64,000 nt of DNA from Lingula anatina (taxonomy: Eukaryota > Animalia > Brachiopoda), in NCBI GenBank assembly GCA_051362555.1, contig CM120640.1, positions 52,120,788-52,184,787 of the forward strand, read 5' to 3'. The position numbers and the translations under genes are program-made. Below the pieces are notes generated by a model. That model had not been told where the DNA came from, did no database searches, and saw nothing but the letters and a program-made list of their open reading frames with translations. How positions within the stretch are numbered: position 1 is the stretch's first letter; every line of letters begins with the position of its first letter. Positions 39,101-52,700 of this stretch are shown here, piece by piece.

Positions 39101-40769
39101 CATTACAGTCAGGGTATAATAAAGTCAAACTGTAAAGATAATGTTACAATTTCAAGTTGCATTCTTACATTATTTAACTCTGTGTGTTATGTGAAGACAG
39201 CCTTATACATCTGCAAAGGTTAATCATTTTACCTGCTTGTGTCAACAGAATGGAATCCTCAACATATCCAGGATCTTCCTCCATCTCTTTTGCCAACATC
39301 AGTGATCTTTCTGCTCCCTCAATATCTTTAGCTTTCTGTAATTAAATTTACTGTGTGCTAAGTATAGGCACTAACAACATGAATAATCTGAGATTAAAAC
39401 AATAAATAAAGACATCATTTGTAAGGAAAAGACTTTTATAGCAGCATTAGTCATAAATGGGAACAGGGGTATATTTACATTGAAATAAGTGGAAAAAAGC
39501 ATAAAAAACATATGATACCTGTAACTTTCTCTCCAGGTGAATGTTCACAGCAGGAAATTCTTTCACCAAGTCCAGCAGCTGCTGCTTCTGCCATTTGATC
39601 TGCATATTGGACTCTCCCTTCAGACAGTATTCAGCCAACAGCCAGACCACCCATCCAACATCATTTTCAAGGAGCCACTTGTAAGACTTGCCCTGGAATT
39701 TCCCAAATGTCATGACTAGCATAAGCCGCCACTGGTCATTGCCTAGCTGGCGGGCTTTTGCTTCTGCACTGGCTGGGTCTAACCACAACTGGTCTAAAGC
39801 AGACTCTGGGCGGAATGCTTTAGCTTCTGGGGTGGATTGTAGCATAGCTTCTCCTGGCTTGTACATACGAATGGAGGGGTAGAGGTGCTGCCGTGCGTGG
39901 CTCTCGAGGTGCCCCTTCTGATTAAATGTCTTGGAACAGTGTGGACAACTGTAAGCTTTAGCCCTCTCCTCATTGTGTATTAGCTGCATGTGTCTATTTA
40001 GATTAGCTTTGAATCTAAAATACTTAAGGCATACACCGCACTGGAACTGTGTTTTACTGCTGGGTTCCATATTTACTGAAAACATAAAAAAAGTCTACTA
40101 AATACCCAAAATACTGCTGTAATGTTAATTAGTTGCATATATATGTATATATACACATATATAAGCACAAGTCATCGGGAAAATATTTTAATAAAGTTTT
40201 TAAACAGAACACTGTGGCATACTACCCCCCCCCCCCCCCCCACCCCGGCGATTAAAGATAAAGGTATTAACAGGTCACTATGAGCTTTATTTGAATGAAT
40301 TAAAGTTTAAATACCAAACAGTACATGTTGCGAAATGTATACACTGGCCAAGTGCCGGTACATGCAAAACGCCATACTAATTCAGTTTTGCGGATCAATA
40401 CTAAGTAAACACAAAAAGTACAGCTGCCGGTATTTTCAAAACGGCAACAAATATGTGGTCATATCTTACCTTGAATAAATCCTTACTGCACCCGGAATTG
40501 AAAATATGCACTATGGCCTAAATGGCATCAGCATCGAATGAGAGAGATTCGACAGAGATTTCGAAGCGGAGAAACATGAGGCACCGCCATCTTGCCTTCT
40601 TCTTCACGATCTTTGTTAATTAGAGATTGTTTTACTCTAAGCCAATCGTTGAGCCCTGTTGAGGACGAGGACTGCTCAACAGACCAATCAGACGAGGGGC
40701 AGGCTGCTCAACAAAGCTCAATGATTGGTTGGTCGAGCCTAAGTGTTACTACTTGGCTGGGTGAGCGCC
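33181..40769 (-). mobile_element. 5S-targeting Dada-like DNA transposon, family A copy 2 (7589 bp)
   Basis: TGGGAAT at 33174-33180 and 40770-40776. Differs visibly from copy 1 only by a 5-bp deletion near 33345 and a poly-C four bases longer near 40230. Confidence 0.9.
34538..40070 (-). CDS. Dada-like DDE transposase, family A copy 2, about 1366 aa
   Basis: ORF translations identical to copy 1 at offset +28095. Exons 40070-39519, 39335-39233, 39022-38043, 37932-37724, 37506-37185, 37041-36898, 36766-36602, 36408-36120, 35874-34538. Confidence 0.88.
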
Positions 40770-43700
40770 TGGGAATACCTGGTGCCGTAGACACGTTTTT
40801 GACATTTTATTCGTAGCCGATTTCAGTTTCTTTCACTTACCACTTTTTTTTTCTTTAAGTTTTCAATTTTTTCCAAATCACAGTTGCGCCGTTGTCTTCG
40901 TCTATCAGTGCGTCGGGCCACGTCTGGACTAGGATGGAAGACCGCCTGGCCACCTTTACTTGTCCTTTTTAGCGTGGCATCAAACAGATGTGTCGATTCC
41001 GTTTCATTTCCTTTCCGTCGATCAAAAACAGTGCTAGCGCGGACAGTCATCGTCTACGACCATACCACGTTGAAAGCACCGGTTCTCGTCCGATCACCGA
41101 AGTTAAGCAACGTCGGGCCAGGTTAGTACTTGGATGGGTGACCGCCTGGGAATACCTGGTGCCGTAGACACGTTTTTGACATTTTATTCGTAGCCGATTT
41201 CAGTTTCTTTCACTTACCACTTTTTTTTTCTTTAAGTTTTCAATTTTTTCCAAATCACAGTTGCGCCGTTGTCTTCGTCTATCAGTGCGTCGGGCCACGT
41301 CTGGACTAGGATGGAAGACCGCCTGGCCACCTTTACTTGTCCTTTTTAGCGTGGCATCAAACAGATGTGTCGATTCCGTTTCATTTCCTTTCCGTCGATC
41401 AAAAACAGTGCTAGCGCGGACAGTCATCGTCTACGACCATACCACGTTGAAAGCACCGGTTCTCGTCCGATCACCGAAGTTAAGCAACGTCGGGCCAGGT
41501 TAGTACTTGGATGGGTGACCGCCTGGGAATACCTGGTGCCGTAGACACGTTTTTGACATTTTATTCGTAGCCGATTTCAGTTTCTTTCACTTACCACTTT
41601 TTTTTTCTTTAAGTTTTCAATTTTTTCCAAATCACAGTTGCGCCGTTGTCTTCGTCTATCAGTGCGTCGGGCCACGTCTGGACTAGGATGGAAGACCGCC
41701 TGGCCACCTTTACTTGTCCTTTTTAGCGTGGCATCAAACAGATGTGTCGATTCCGTTTCATTTCCTTTCCGTCGATCAAAAACAGTGCTAGCGCGGACAG
41801 TCATCGTCTACGACCATACCACGTTGAAAGCACCGGTTCTCGTCCGATCACCGAAGTTAAGCAACGTCGGGCCAGGTTAGTACTTGGATGGGTGACCGCC
41901 TGGGAATACCTGGTGCCGTAGACACGTTTTTGACATTTTATTCGTAGCCGATTTCAGTTTCTTTCACTTACCACTTTTTTTTCTTTAAGTTTTCAATTTT
42001 TTCCAAATCACAGTTGCGCCGTTGTCTTCGTCTATCAGTGCGTCGGGCCACGTCTGGACTAGGATGGAAGACCGCCTGGCCACCTTTACTTGTCCTTTTT
42101 AGCGTGGCATCAAACAGATGTGTCGATTCCGTTTCATTTCCTTTCCGTCGATCAAAAACAGTGCTAGCGCGGACAGTCATCGTCTACGACCATACCACGT
42201 TGAAAGCACCGGTTCTCGTCCGATCACCGAAGTTAAGCAACGTCGGGCCAGGTTAGTACTTGGATGGGTGACCGCCTGGGAATACCTGGTGCCGTAGACA
42301 CGTTTTTGACATTTTATTCGTAGCCGATTTCAGTTTCTTTCACTTACCACTTTTTTTTTCTTTAAGTTTTCAATTTTTTCCAAATCACAGTTGCGCCGTT
42401 GTCTTCGTCTATCAGTGCGTCGGGCCACGTCTGGACTAGGATGGAAGACCGCCTGGCCACCTTTACTTGTCCTTTTTAGCGTGGCATCAAACAGATGTGT
42501 CGATTCCGTTTCATTTCCTTTCCGTCGATCAAAAACAGTGCTAGCGCGGACAGTCATCGTCTACGACCATACCACGTTGAAAGCACCGGTTCTCGTCCGA
42601 TCACCGAAGTTAAGCAACGTCGGGCCAGGTTAGTACTTGGATGGGTGACCGCCTGGGAATACCTGGTGCCGTAGACACGTTTTTGACATTTTATTCGTAG
42701 CCGATTTCAGTTTCTTTCACTTACCACTTTTTTTTTCTTTAAGTTTTCAATTTTTTCCAAATCACAGTTGCGCCGTTGTCTTCGTCTATCAGTGCGTCGG
42801 GCCACGTCTGGACTAGGATGGAAGACCGCCTGGCCACCTTTACTTGTCCTTTTTAGCGTGGCATCAAACAGATGTGTCGATTCCGTTTCATTTCCTTTCC
42901 GTCGATCAAAAACAGTGCTAGCGCGGACAGTCATCGTCTACGACCATACCACGTTGAAAGCACCGGTTCTCGTCCGATCACCGAAGTTAAGCAACGTCGG
43001 GCCAGGTTAGTACTTGGATGGGTGACCGCCTGGGAATACCTGGTGCCGTAGACACGTTTTTGACATTTTATTCGTAGCCGATTTCAGTTTCTTTCACTTA
43101 CCACTTTTTTTTTCTTTAAGTTTTCAATTTTTTCCAAATCACAGTTGCGCCGTTGTCTTCGTCTATCAGTGCGTCGGGCCACGTCTGGACTAGGATGGAA
43201 GACCGCCTGGCCACCTTTACTTGTCCTTTTTAGCGTGGCATCAAACAGATGTGTCGATTCCGTTTCATTTCCTTTCCGTCGATCAAAAACAGTGCTAGCG
43301 CGGACAGTCATCGTCTACGACCATACCACGTTGAAAGCACCGGTTCTCGTCCGATCACCGAAGTTAAGCAACGTCGGGCCAGGTTAGTACTTGGATGGGT
43401 GACCGCCTGGGAATACCTGGTGCCGTAGACACGTTTTTGACATTTTATTCGTAGCCGATTTCAGTTTCTTTCACTTACCACTTTTTTTTTCTTTAAGTTT
43501 TCAATTTTTTCCAAATCACAGTTGCGCCGTTGTCTTCGTCTATCAGTGCGTCGGGCCACGTCTGGACTAGGATGGAAGACCGCCTGGCCACCTTTACTTG
43601 TCCTTTTTAGCGTGGCATCAAACAGATGTGTCGATTCCGTTTCATTTCCTTTCCGTCGATCAAAAACAGTGCTAGCGCGGACAGTCATCGTCTACGACCA

Positions 43701-46700
43701 TACCACGTTGAAAGCACCGGTTCTCGTCCGATCACCGAAGTTAAGCAACGTCGGGCCAGGTTAGTACTTGGATGGGTGACCGCCTGGGAATACCTGGTGC
43801 CGTAGACACGTTTTTGACATTTTATTCGTAGCCGATTTCAGTTTCTTTCACTTACCACTTTTTTTTTCTTTAAGTTTTCAATTTTTTCCAAATCACAGTT
43901 GCGCCGTTGTCTTCGTCTATCAGTGCGTCGGGCCACGTCTGGACTAGGATGGAAGACCGCCTGGCCACCTTTACTTGTCCTTTTTAGCGTGGCATCAAAC
44001 AGATGTGTCGATTCCGTTTCATTTCCTTTCCGTCGATCAAAAACAGTGCTAGCGCGGACAGTCATCGTCTACGACCATACCACGTTGAAAGCACCGGTTC
44101 TCGTCCGATCACCGAAGTTAAGCAACGTCGGGCCAGGTTAGTACTTGGATGGGTGACCGCCTGGGAATACCTGGTGCCGTAGACACGTTTTTGACATTTT
44201 ATTCGTAGCCGATTTCAGTTTCTTTCACTTACCACTTTTTTTTCTTTAAGTTTTCAATTTTTTCCAAATCACAGTTGCGCCGTTGTCTTCGTCTATCAGT
44301 GCGTCGGGCCACGTCTGGACTAGGATGGAAGACCGCCTGGCCACCTTTACTTGTCCTTTTTAGCGTGGCATCAAACAGATGTGTCGATTCCGTTTCATTT
44401 CCTTTCCGTCGATCAAAAACAGTGCTAGCGCGGACAGTCATCGTCTACGACCATACCACGTTGAAAGCACCGGTTCTCGTCCGATCACCGAAGTTAAGCA
44501 ACGTCGGGCCAGGTTAGTACTTGGATGGGTGACCGCCTGGGAATACCTGGTGCCGTAGACACGTTTTTGACATTTTATTCGTAGCCGATTTCAGTTTCTT
44601 TCACTTACCACTTTTTTTTTCTTTAAGTTTTCAATTTTTTCCAAATCACAGTTGCGCCGTTGTCTTCGTCTATCAGTGCGTCGGGCCACGTCTGGACTAG
44701 GATGGAAGACCGCCTGGCCACCTTTACTTGTCCTTTTTAGCGTGGCATCAAACAGATGTGTCGATTCCGTTTCATTTCCTTTCCGTCGATCAAAAACAGT
44801 GCTAGCGCGGACAGTCATCGTCTACGACCATACCACGTTGAAAGCACCGGTTCTCGTCCGATCACCGAAGTTAAGCAACGTCGGGCCAGGTTAGTACTTG
44901 GATGGGTGACCGCCTGGGAATACCTGGTGCCGTAGACACGTTTTTGACATTTTATTCGTAGCCGATTTCAGTTTCTTTCACTTACCACTTTTTTTTCTTT
45001 AAGTTTTCAATTTTTTCCAAATCACAGTTGCGCCGTTGTCTTCGTCTATCAGTGCGTCGGGCCACGTCTGGACTAGGATGGAAGACCGCCTGGCCACCTT
45101 TACTTGTCCTTTTTAGCGTGGCATCAAACAGATGTGTCGATTCCGTTTCATTTCCTTTCCGTCGATCAAAAACAGTGCTAGCGCGGACAGTCATCGTCTA
45201 CGACCATACCACGTTGAAAGCACCGGTTCTCGTCCGATCACCGAAGTTAAGCAACGTCGGGCCAGGTTAGTACTTGGATGGGTGACCGCCTGGGAATACC
45301 TGGTGCCGTAGACACGTTTTTGACATTTTATTCGTAGCCGATTTCAGTTTCTTTCACTTACCACTTTTTTTTTCTTTAAGTTTTCAATTTTTTCCAAATC
45401 ACAGTTGCGCCGTTGTCTTCGTCTATCAGTGCGTCGGGCCACGTCTGGACTAGGATGGAAGACCGCCTGGCCACCTTTACTTGTCCTTTTTAGCGTGGCA
45501 TCAAACAGATGTGTCGATTCCGTTTCATTTCCTTTCCGTCGATCAAAAACAGTGCTAGCGCGGACAGTCATCGTCTACGACCATACCACGTTGAAAGCAC
45601 CGGTTCTCGTCCGATCACCGAAGTTAAGCAACGTCGGGCCAGGTTAGTACTTGGATGGGTGACCGCCTGGGAATACCTGGTGCCGTAGACACGTTTTTGA
45701 CATTTTATTCGTAGCCGATTTCAGTTTCTTTCACTTACCACTTTTTTTTTCTTTAAGTTTTCAATTTTTTCCAAATCACAGTTGCGCCGTTGTCTTCGTC
45801 TATCAGTGCGTCGGGCCACGTCTGGACTAGGATGGAAGACCGCCTGGCCACCTTTACTTGTCCTTTTTAGCGTGGCATCAAACAGATGTGTCGATTCCGT
45901 TTCATTTCCTTTCCGTCGATCAAAAACAGTGCTAGCGCGGACAGTCATCGTCTACGACCATACCACGTTGAAAGCACCGGTTCTCGTCCGATCACCGAAG
46001 TTAAGCAACGTCGGGCCAGGTTAGTACTTGGATGGGTGACCGCCTGGGAATACCTGGTGCCGTAGACACGTTTTTGACATTTTATTCGTAGCCGATTTCA
46101 GTTTCTTTCACTTACCACTTTTTTTTTCTTTAAGTTTTCAATTTTTTCCAAATCACAGTTGCGCCGTTGTCTTCGTCTATCAGTGCGTCGGGCCACGTCT
46201 GGACTAGGATGGAAGACCGCCTGGCCACCTTTACTTGTCCTTTTTAGCGTGGCATCAAACAGATGTGTCGATTCCGTTTCATTTCCTTTCCGTCGATCAA
46301 AAACAGTGCTAGCGCGGACAGTCATCGTCTACGACCATACCACGTTGAAAGCACCGGTTCTCGTCCGATCACCGAAGTTAAGCAACGTCGGGCCAGGTTA
46401 GTACTTGGATGGGTGACCGCCTGGGAATACCTGGTGCCGTAGACACGTTTTTGACATTTTATTCGTAGCCGATTTCAGTTTCTTTCACTTACCACTTTTT
46501 TTTTCTTTAAGTTTTCAATTTTTTCCAAATCACAGTTGCGCCGTTGTCTTCGTCTATCAGTGCGTCGGGCCACGTCTGGACTAGGATGGAAGACCGCCTG
46601 GCCACCTTTACTTGTCCTTTTTAGCGTGGCATCAAACAGATGTGTCGATTCCGTTTCATTTCCTTTCCGTCGATCAAAAACAGTGCTAGCGCGGACAGTC

Positions 46701-49700
46701 ATCGTCTACGACCATACCACGTTGAAAGCACCGGTTCTCGTCCGATCACCGAAGTTAAGCAACGTCGGGCCAGGTTAGTACTTGGATGGGTGACCGCCTG
46801 GGAATACCTGGTGCCGTAGACACGTTTTTGACATTTTATTCGTAGCCGATTTCAGTTTCTTTCACTTACCACTTTTTTTTCTTTAAGTTTTCAATTTTTT
46901 CCAAATCACAGTTGCGCCGTTGTCTTCGTCTATCAGTGCGTCGGGCCACGTCTGGACTAGGATGGAAGACCGCCTGGCCACCTTTACTTGTCCTTTTTAG
47001 CGTGGCATCAAACAGATGTGTCGATTCCGTTTCATTTCCTTTCCGTCGATCAAAAACAGTGCTAGCGCGGACAGTCATCGTCTACGACCATACCACGTTG
47101 AAAGCACCGGTTCTCGTCCGATCACCGAAGTTAAGCAACGTCGGGCCAGGTTAGTACTTGGATGGGTGACCGCCTGGGAATACCTGGTGCCGTAGACACG
47201 TTTTTGACATTTTATTCGTAGCCGATTTCAGTTTCTTTCACTTACCACTTTTTTTTCTTTAAGTTTTCAATTTTTTCCAAATCACAGTTGCGCCGTTGTC
47301 TTCGTCTATCAGTGCGTCGGGCCACGTCTGGACTAGGATGGAAGACCGCCTGGCCACCTTTACTTGTCCTTTTTAGCGTGGCATCAAACAGATGTGTCGA
47401 TTCCGTTTCATTTCCTTTCCGTCGATCAAAAACAGTGCTAGCGCGGACAGTCATCGTCTACGACCATACCACGTTGAAAGCACCGGTTCTCGTCCGATCA
47501 CCGAAGTTAAGCAACGTCGGGCCAGGTTAGTACTTGGATGGGTGACCGCCTGGGAATACCTGGTGCCGTAGACACGTTTTTGACATTTTATTCGTAGCCG
47601 ATTTCAGTTTCTTTCACTTACCACTTTTTTTTCTTTAAGTTTTCAATTTTTTCCAAATCACAGTTGCGCCGTTGTCTTCGTCTATCAGTGCGTCGGGCCA
47701 CGTCTGGACTAGGATGGAAGACCGCCTGGCCACCTTTACTTGTCCTTTTTAGCGTGGCATCAAACAGATGTGTCGATTCCGTTTCATTTCCTTTCCGTCG
47801 ATCAAAAACAGTGCTAGCGCGGACAGTCATCGTCTACGACCATACCACGTTGAAAGCACCGGTTCTCGTCCGATCACCGAAGTTAAGCAACGTCGGGCCA
47901 GGTTAGTACTTGGATGGGTGACCGCCTGGGAATACCTGGTGCCGTAGACACGTTTTTGACATTTTATTCGTAGCCGATTTCAGTTTCTTTCACTTACCAC
48001 TTTTTTTTCTTTAAGTTTTCAATTTTTTCCAAATCACAGTTGCGCCGTTGTCTTCGTCTATCAGTGCGTCGGGCCACGTCTGGACTAGGATGGAAGACCG
48101 CCTGGCCACCTTTACTTGTCCTTTTTAGCGTGGCATCAAACAGATGTGTCGATTCCGTTTCATTTCCTTTCCGTCGATCAAAAACAGTGCTAGCGCGGAC
48201 AGTCATCGTCTACGACCATACCACGTTGAAAGCACCGGTTCTCGTCCGATCACCGAAGTTAAGCAACGTCGGGCCAGGTTAGTACTTGGATGGGTGACCG
48301 CCTGGGAATACCTGGTGCCGTAGACACGTTTTTGACATTTTATTCGTAGCCGATTTCAGTTTCTTTCACTTACCACTTTTTTTTCTTTAAGTTTTCAATT
48401 TTTTCCAAATCACAGTTGCGCCGTTGTCTTCGTCTATCAGTGCGTCGGGCCACGTCTGGACTAGGATGGAAGACCGCCTGGCCACCTTTACTTGTCCTTT
48501 TTAGCGTGGCATCAAACAGATGTGTCGATTCCGTTTCATTCCCTTTCCGTCGATCAAAAACAGTGCTAGCGCGGACAGTCATCGTCTACGACCATACCAC
48601 GTTGAAAGCACCGGTTCTCGTCCGATCACCGAAGTTAAGCAACGTCGGGCCAGGTTAGTACTTGGATGGGTGACCGCCTGGGAATACCTGGTGCCGTAGA
48701 CACGTTTTTGACATTTTATTCGTAGCCGATTTCAGTTTCTTTCACTTACCACTTTTTTTTCTTTAAGTTTTCAATTTTTTCCAAATCACAGTTGCGCCGT
48801 TGTCTTCGTCTATCAGTGCGTCGGGCCACGTCTGGACTAGGATGGAAGACCGCCTGGCCACCTTTACTTGTCCTTTTTAGCGTGGCATCAAACAGATGTG
48901 TCGATTCCGTTTCATTTCCTTTCCGTCGATCAAAAACAGTGCTAGCGCGGACAGTCATCGTCTACGACCATACCACGTTGAAAGCACCGGTTCTCGTCCG
49001 ATCACCGAAGTTAAGCAACGTCGGGCCAGGTTAGTACTTGGATGGGTGACCGCCTGGGAATACCTGGTGCCGTAGACACGTTTTTGACATTTTATTCGTA
49101 GCCGATTTCAGTTTCTTTCACTTACCACTTTTTTTTCTTTAAGTTTTCAATTTTTTCCAAATCACAGTTGCGCCGTTGTCTTCGTCTATCAGTGCGTCGG
49201 GCCACGTCTGGACTAGGATGGAAGACCGCCTGGCCACCTTTACTTGTCCTTTTTAGCGTGGCATCAAACAGATGTGTCGATTCCGTTTCATTTCCTTTCC
49301 GTCGATCAAAAACAGTGCTAGCGCGGACAGTCATCGTCTACGACCATACCACGTTGAAAGCACCGGTTCTCGTCCGATCACCGAAGTTAAGCAACGTCGG
49401 GCCAGGTTAGTACTTGGATGGGTGACCGCCTGGGAATACCTGGTGCCGTAGACACGTTTTTGACATTTTATTCGTAGCCGATTTCAGTTTCTTTCACTTA
49501 CCACTTTTTTTTCTTTAAGTTTTCAATTTTTTCCAAATCACAGTTGCGCCGTTGTCTTCGTCTATCAGTGCGTCGGGCCACGTCTGGACTAGGATGGAAG
49601 ACCGCCTGGCCACCTTTACTTGTCCTTTTTAGCGTGGCATCAAACAGATGTGTCGATTCCGTTTCATTTCCTTTCCGTCGATCAAAAACAGTGCTAGCGC

Positions 49701-52700
49701 GGACAGTCATCGTCTACGACCATACCACGTTGAAAGCACCGGTTCTCGTCCGATCACCGAAGTTAAGCAACGTCGGGCCAGGTTAGTACTTGGATGGGTG
49801 ACCGCCTGGGAATACCTGGTGCCGTAGACACGTTTTTGACATTTTATTCGTAGCCGATTTCAGTTTCTTTCACTTACCACTTTTTTTTCTTTAAGTTTTC
49901 AATTTTTTCCAAATCACAGTTGCGCCGTTGTCTTCGTCTATCAGTGCGTCGGGCCACGTCTGGACTAGGATGGAAGACCGCCTGGCCACCTTTACTTGTC
50001 CTTTTTAGCGTGGCATCAAACAGATGTGTCGATTCCGTTTCATTTCCTTTCCGTCGATCAAAAACAGTGCTAGCGCGGACAGTCATCGTCTACGACCATA
50101 CCACGTTGAAAGCACCGGTTCTCGTCCGATCACCGAAGTTAAGCAACGTCGGGCCAGGTTAGTACTTGGATGGGTGACCGCCTGGGAATACCTGGTGCCG
50201 TAGACACGTTTTTGACATTTTATTCGTAGCCGATTTCAGTTTCTTTCACTTACCACTTTTTTTTCTTTAAGTTTTCAATTTTTTCCAAATCACAGTTGCG
50301 CCGTTGTCTTCGTCTATCAGTGCGTCGGGCCACGTCTGGACTAGGATGGAAGACCGCCTGGCCACCTTTACTTGTCCTTTTTAGCGTGGCATCAAACAGA
50401 TGTGTCGATTCCGTTTCATTTCCTTTCCGTCGATCAAAAACAGTGCTAGCGCGGACAGTCATCGTCTACGACCATACCACGTTGAAAGCACCGGTTCTCG
50501 TCCGATCACCGAAGTTAAGCAACGTCGGGCCAGGTTAGTACTTGGATGGGTGACCGCCTGGGAATACCTGGTGCCGTAGACACGTTTTTGACATTTTATT
50601 CGTAGCCGATTTCAGTTTCTTTCACTTACCACTTTTTTTTTTTAAGTTTTCAATTTTTTCCAAATCACAGTTGCGCCGTTGTCTTCGTCTATCAGTGCGT
50701 CGGGCCACGTCTGGACTAGGATGGAAGACCGCCTGGCCACCTTTACTTGTCCTTTTTAGCGTGGCATCAAACAGATGTGTCGATTCCGTTTCATTTCCTT
50801 TCCGTCGATCAAAAACAGTGCTAGCGCGGACAGTCATCGTCTACGACCATACCACGTTGAAAGCACCGGTTCTCGTCCGATCACCGAAGTTAAGCAACGT
50901 CGGGCCAGGTTAGTACTTGGATGGGTGACCGCCTGGGAATACCTGGTGCCGTAGACACGTTTTTGACATTTTATTCGTAGCCGATTTCAGTTTCTTTCAC
51001 TTACCACTTTTTTTCCTTTAAGTTTTCAATTTTTTCCAAATCACAGTTGCGCCGTTGTCTTCGTCTATCAGTGCGTCGGGCCACGTCTGGACTAGGATGG
51101 AAGACCGCCTGGCCACCTTTACTTGTCCTTTTTAGCGTGGCATCAAACAGATGTGTCGATTCCGTTTCATTTCCTTTCCGTCGATCAAAAACAGTGCTAG
51201 CGCGGACAGTCATCGTCTACGACCATACCACGTTGAAAGCACCGGTTCTCGTCCGATCACCGAAGTTAAGCAACGTCGGGCCAGGTTAGTACTTGGATGG
51301 GTGACCGCCTGGGAATACCTGGTGCCGTAGACACGTTTTTGACATTTTATTCGTAGCCGATTTCAGTTTCTTTCACTTACCACTTTTTTTTCTTTAAGTT
51401 TTCAATTTTTTCCAAATCACAGTTGCGCCGTTGTCTTCGTCTATCAGTGCGTCGGGCCACGTCTGGACTAGGATGGAAGACCGCCTGGCCACCTTTACTT
51501 GTCCTTTTTAGCGTGGCATCAAACAGATGTGTCGATTCCGTTTCATTTCCTTTCCGTCGATCAAAAACAGAGGCTAGCGCGGACAGTCATCGTCTACGAC
51601 CATACCACGTTGAAAGCACCGGTTCTCGTCCGATCACCGAAGTTAAGCAACGTCGGGCCAGGTTAGTACTTGGATGGGTGACCGCCTGGGAATACCTGGT
51701 GCCGTAGACACGTTTTTGACATTTTATTCGTAGCCGATTTCAGTTTCTTTCACTTACCACTTTTTTTTCTTTAAGTTTTCAATTTTTTCCAAATCACAGT
51801 TGCGCCGTTGTCTTCGTCTATCAGTGCGTCGGGCCACGTCTGGACTAGGATGGAAGACCGCCTGGCCACCTTTACTTGTCCTTTTTAGCGTGGCATCAAA
51901 CAGATGTGTCGATTCCGTTTCATTTCCTTTCCGTCGATCAAAAACAGAGGCTAGCGCGGACAGTCATCGTCTACGACCATACCACGTTGAAAGCACCGGT
52001 TCTCGTCCGATCACCGAAGTTAAGCAACGTCGGGCCAGGTTAGTACTTGGATGGGTGACCGCCTGGGAATACCTGGTGCCGTAGACACGTTTTTGACATT
52101 TTATTCGTAGCCGATTTCAGTTTCTTTCACTTACCACTTTTTTTTCTTTAAGTTTTCAATTTTTTCCAAATCACAGTTGCGCCGTTGTCTTCGTCTATCA
52201 GTGCGTCGGGCCACGTCTGGACTAGGATGGAAGACCGCCTGGCCACCTTTACTTGTCCTTTTTAGCGTGGCATCAAACAGATGTGTCGATTCCGTTTCAT
52301 TTCCTTTCCGTCGATCAAAAACAGTGCTAGCGCGGACAGTCATCGTCTACGACCATACCACGTTGAAAGCACCGGTTCTCGTCCGATCACCGAAGTTAAG
52401 CAACGTCGGGCCAGGTTAGTACTTGGATGGGTGACCGCCTGGGAATACCTGGTGCCGTAGACACGTTTTTGACATTTTATTCGTAGCCGATTTCAGTTTC
52501 TTTCACTTACCACTTTTTTTTCTTTAAGTTTTCAATTTTTTCCAAATCACAGTTGCGCCGTTGTCTTCGTCTATCAGTGCGTCGGGCCACGTCTGGACTA
52601 GGATGGAAGACCGCCTGGCCACCTTTACTTGTCCTTTTTAGCGTGGCATCAAACAGATGTGTCGATTCCGTTTCATTTCCTTTCCGTCGATCAAAAACAG

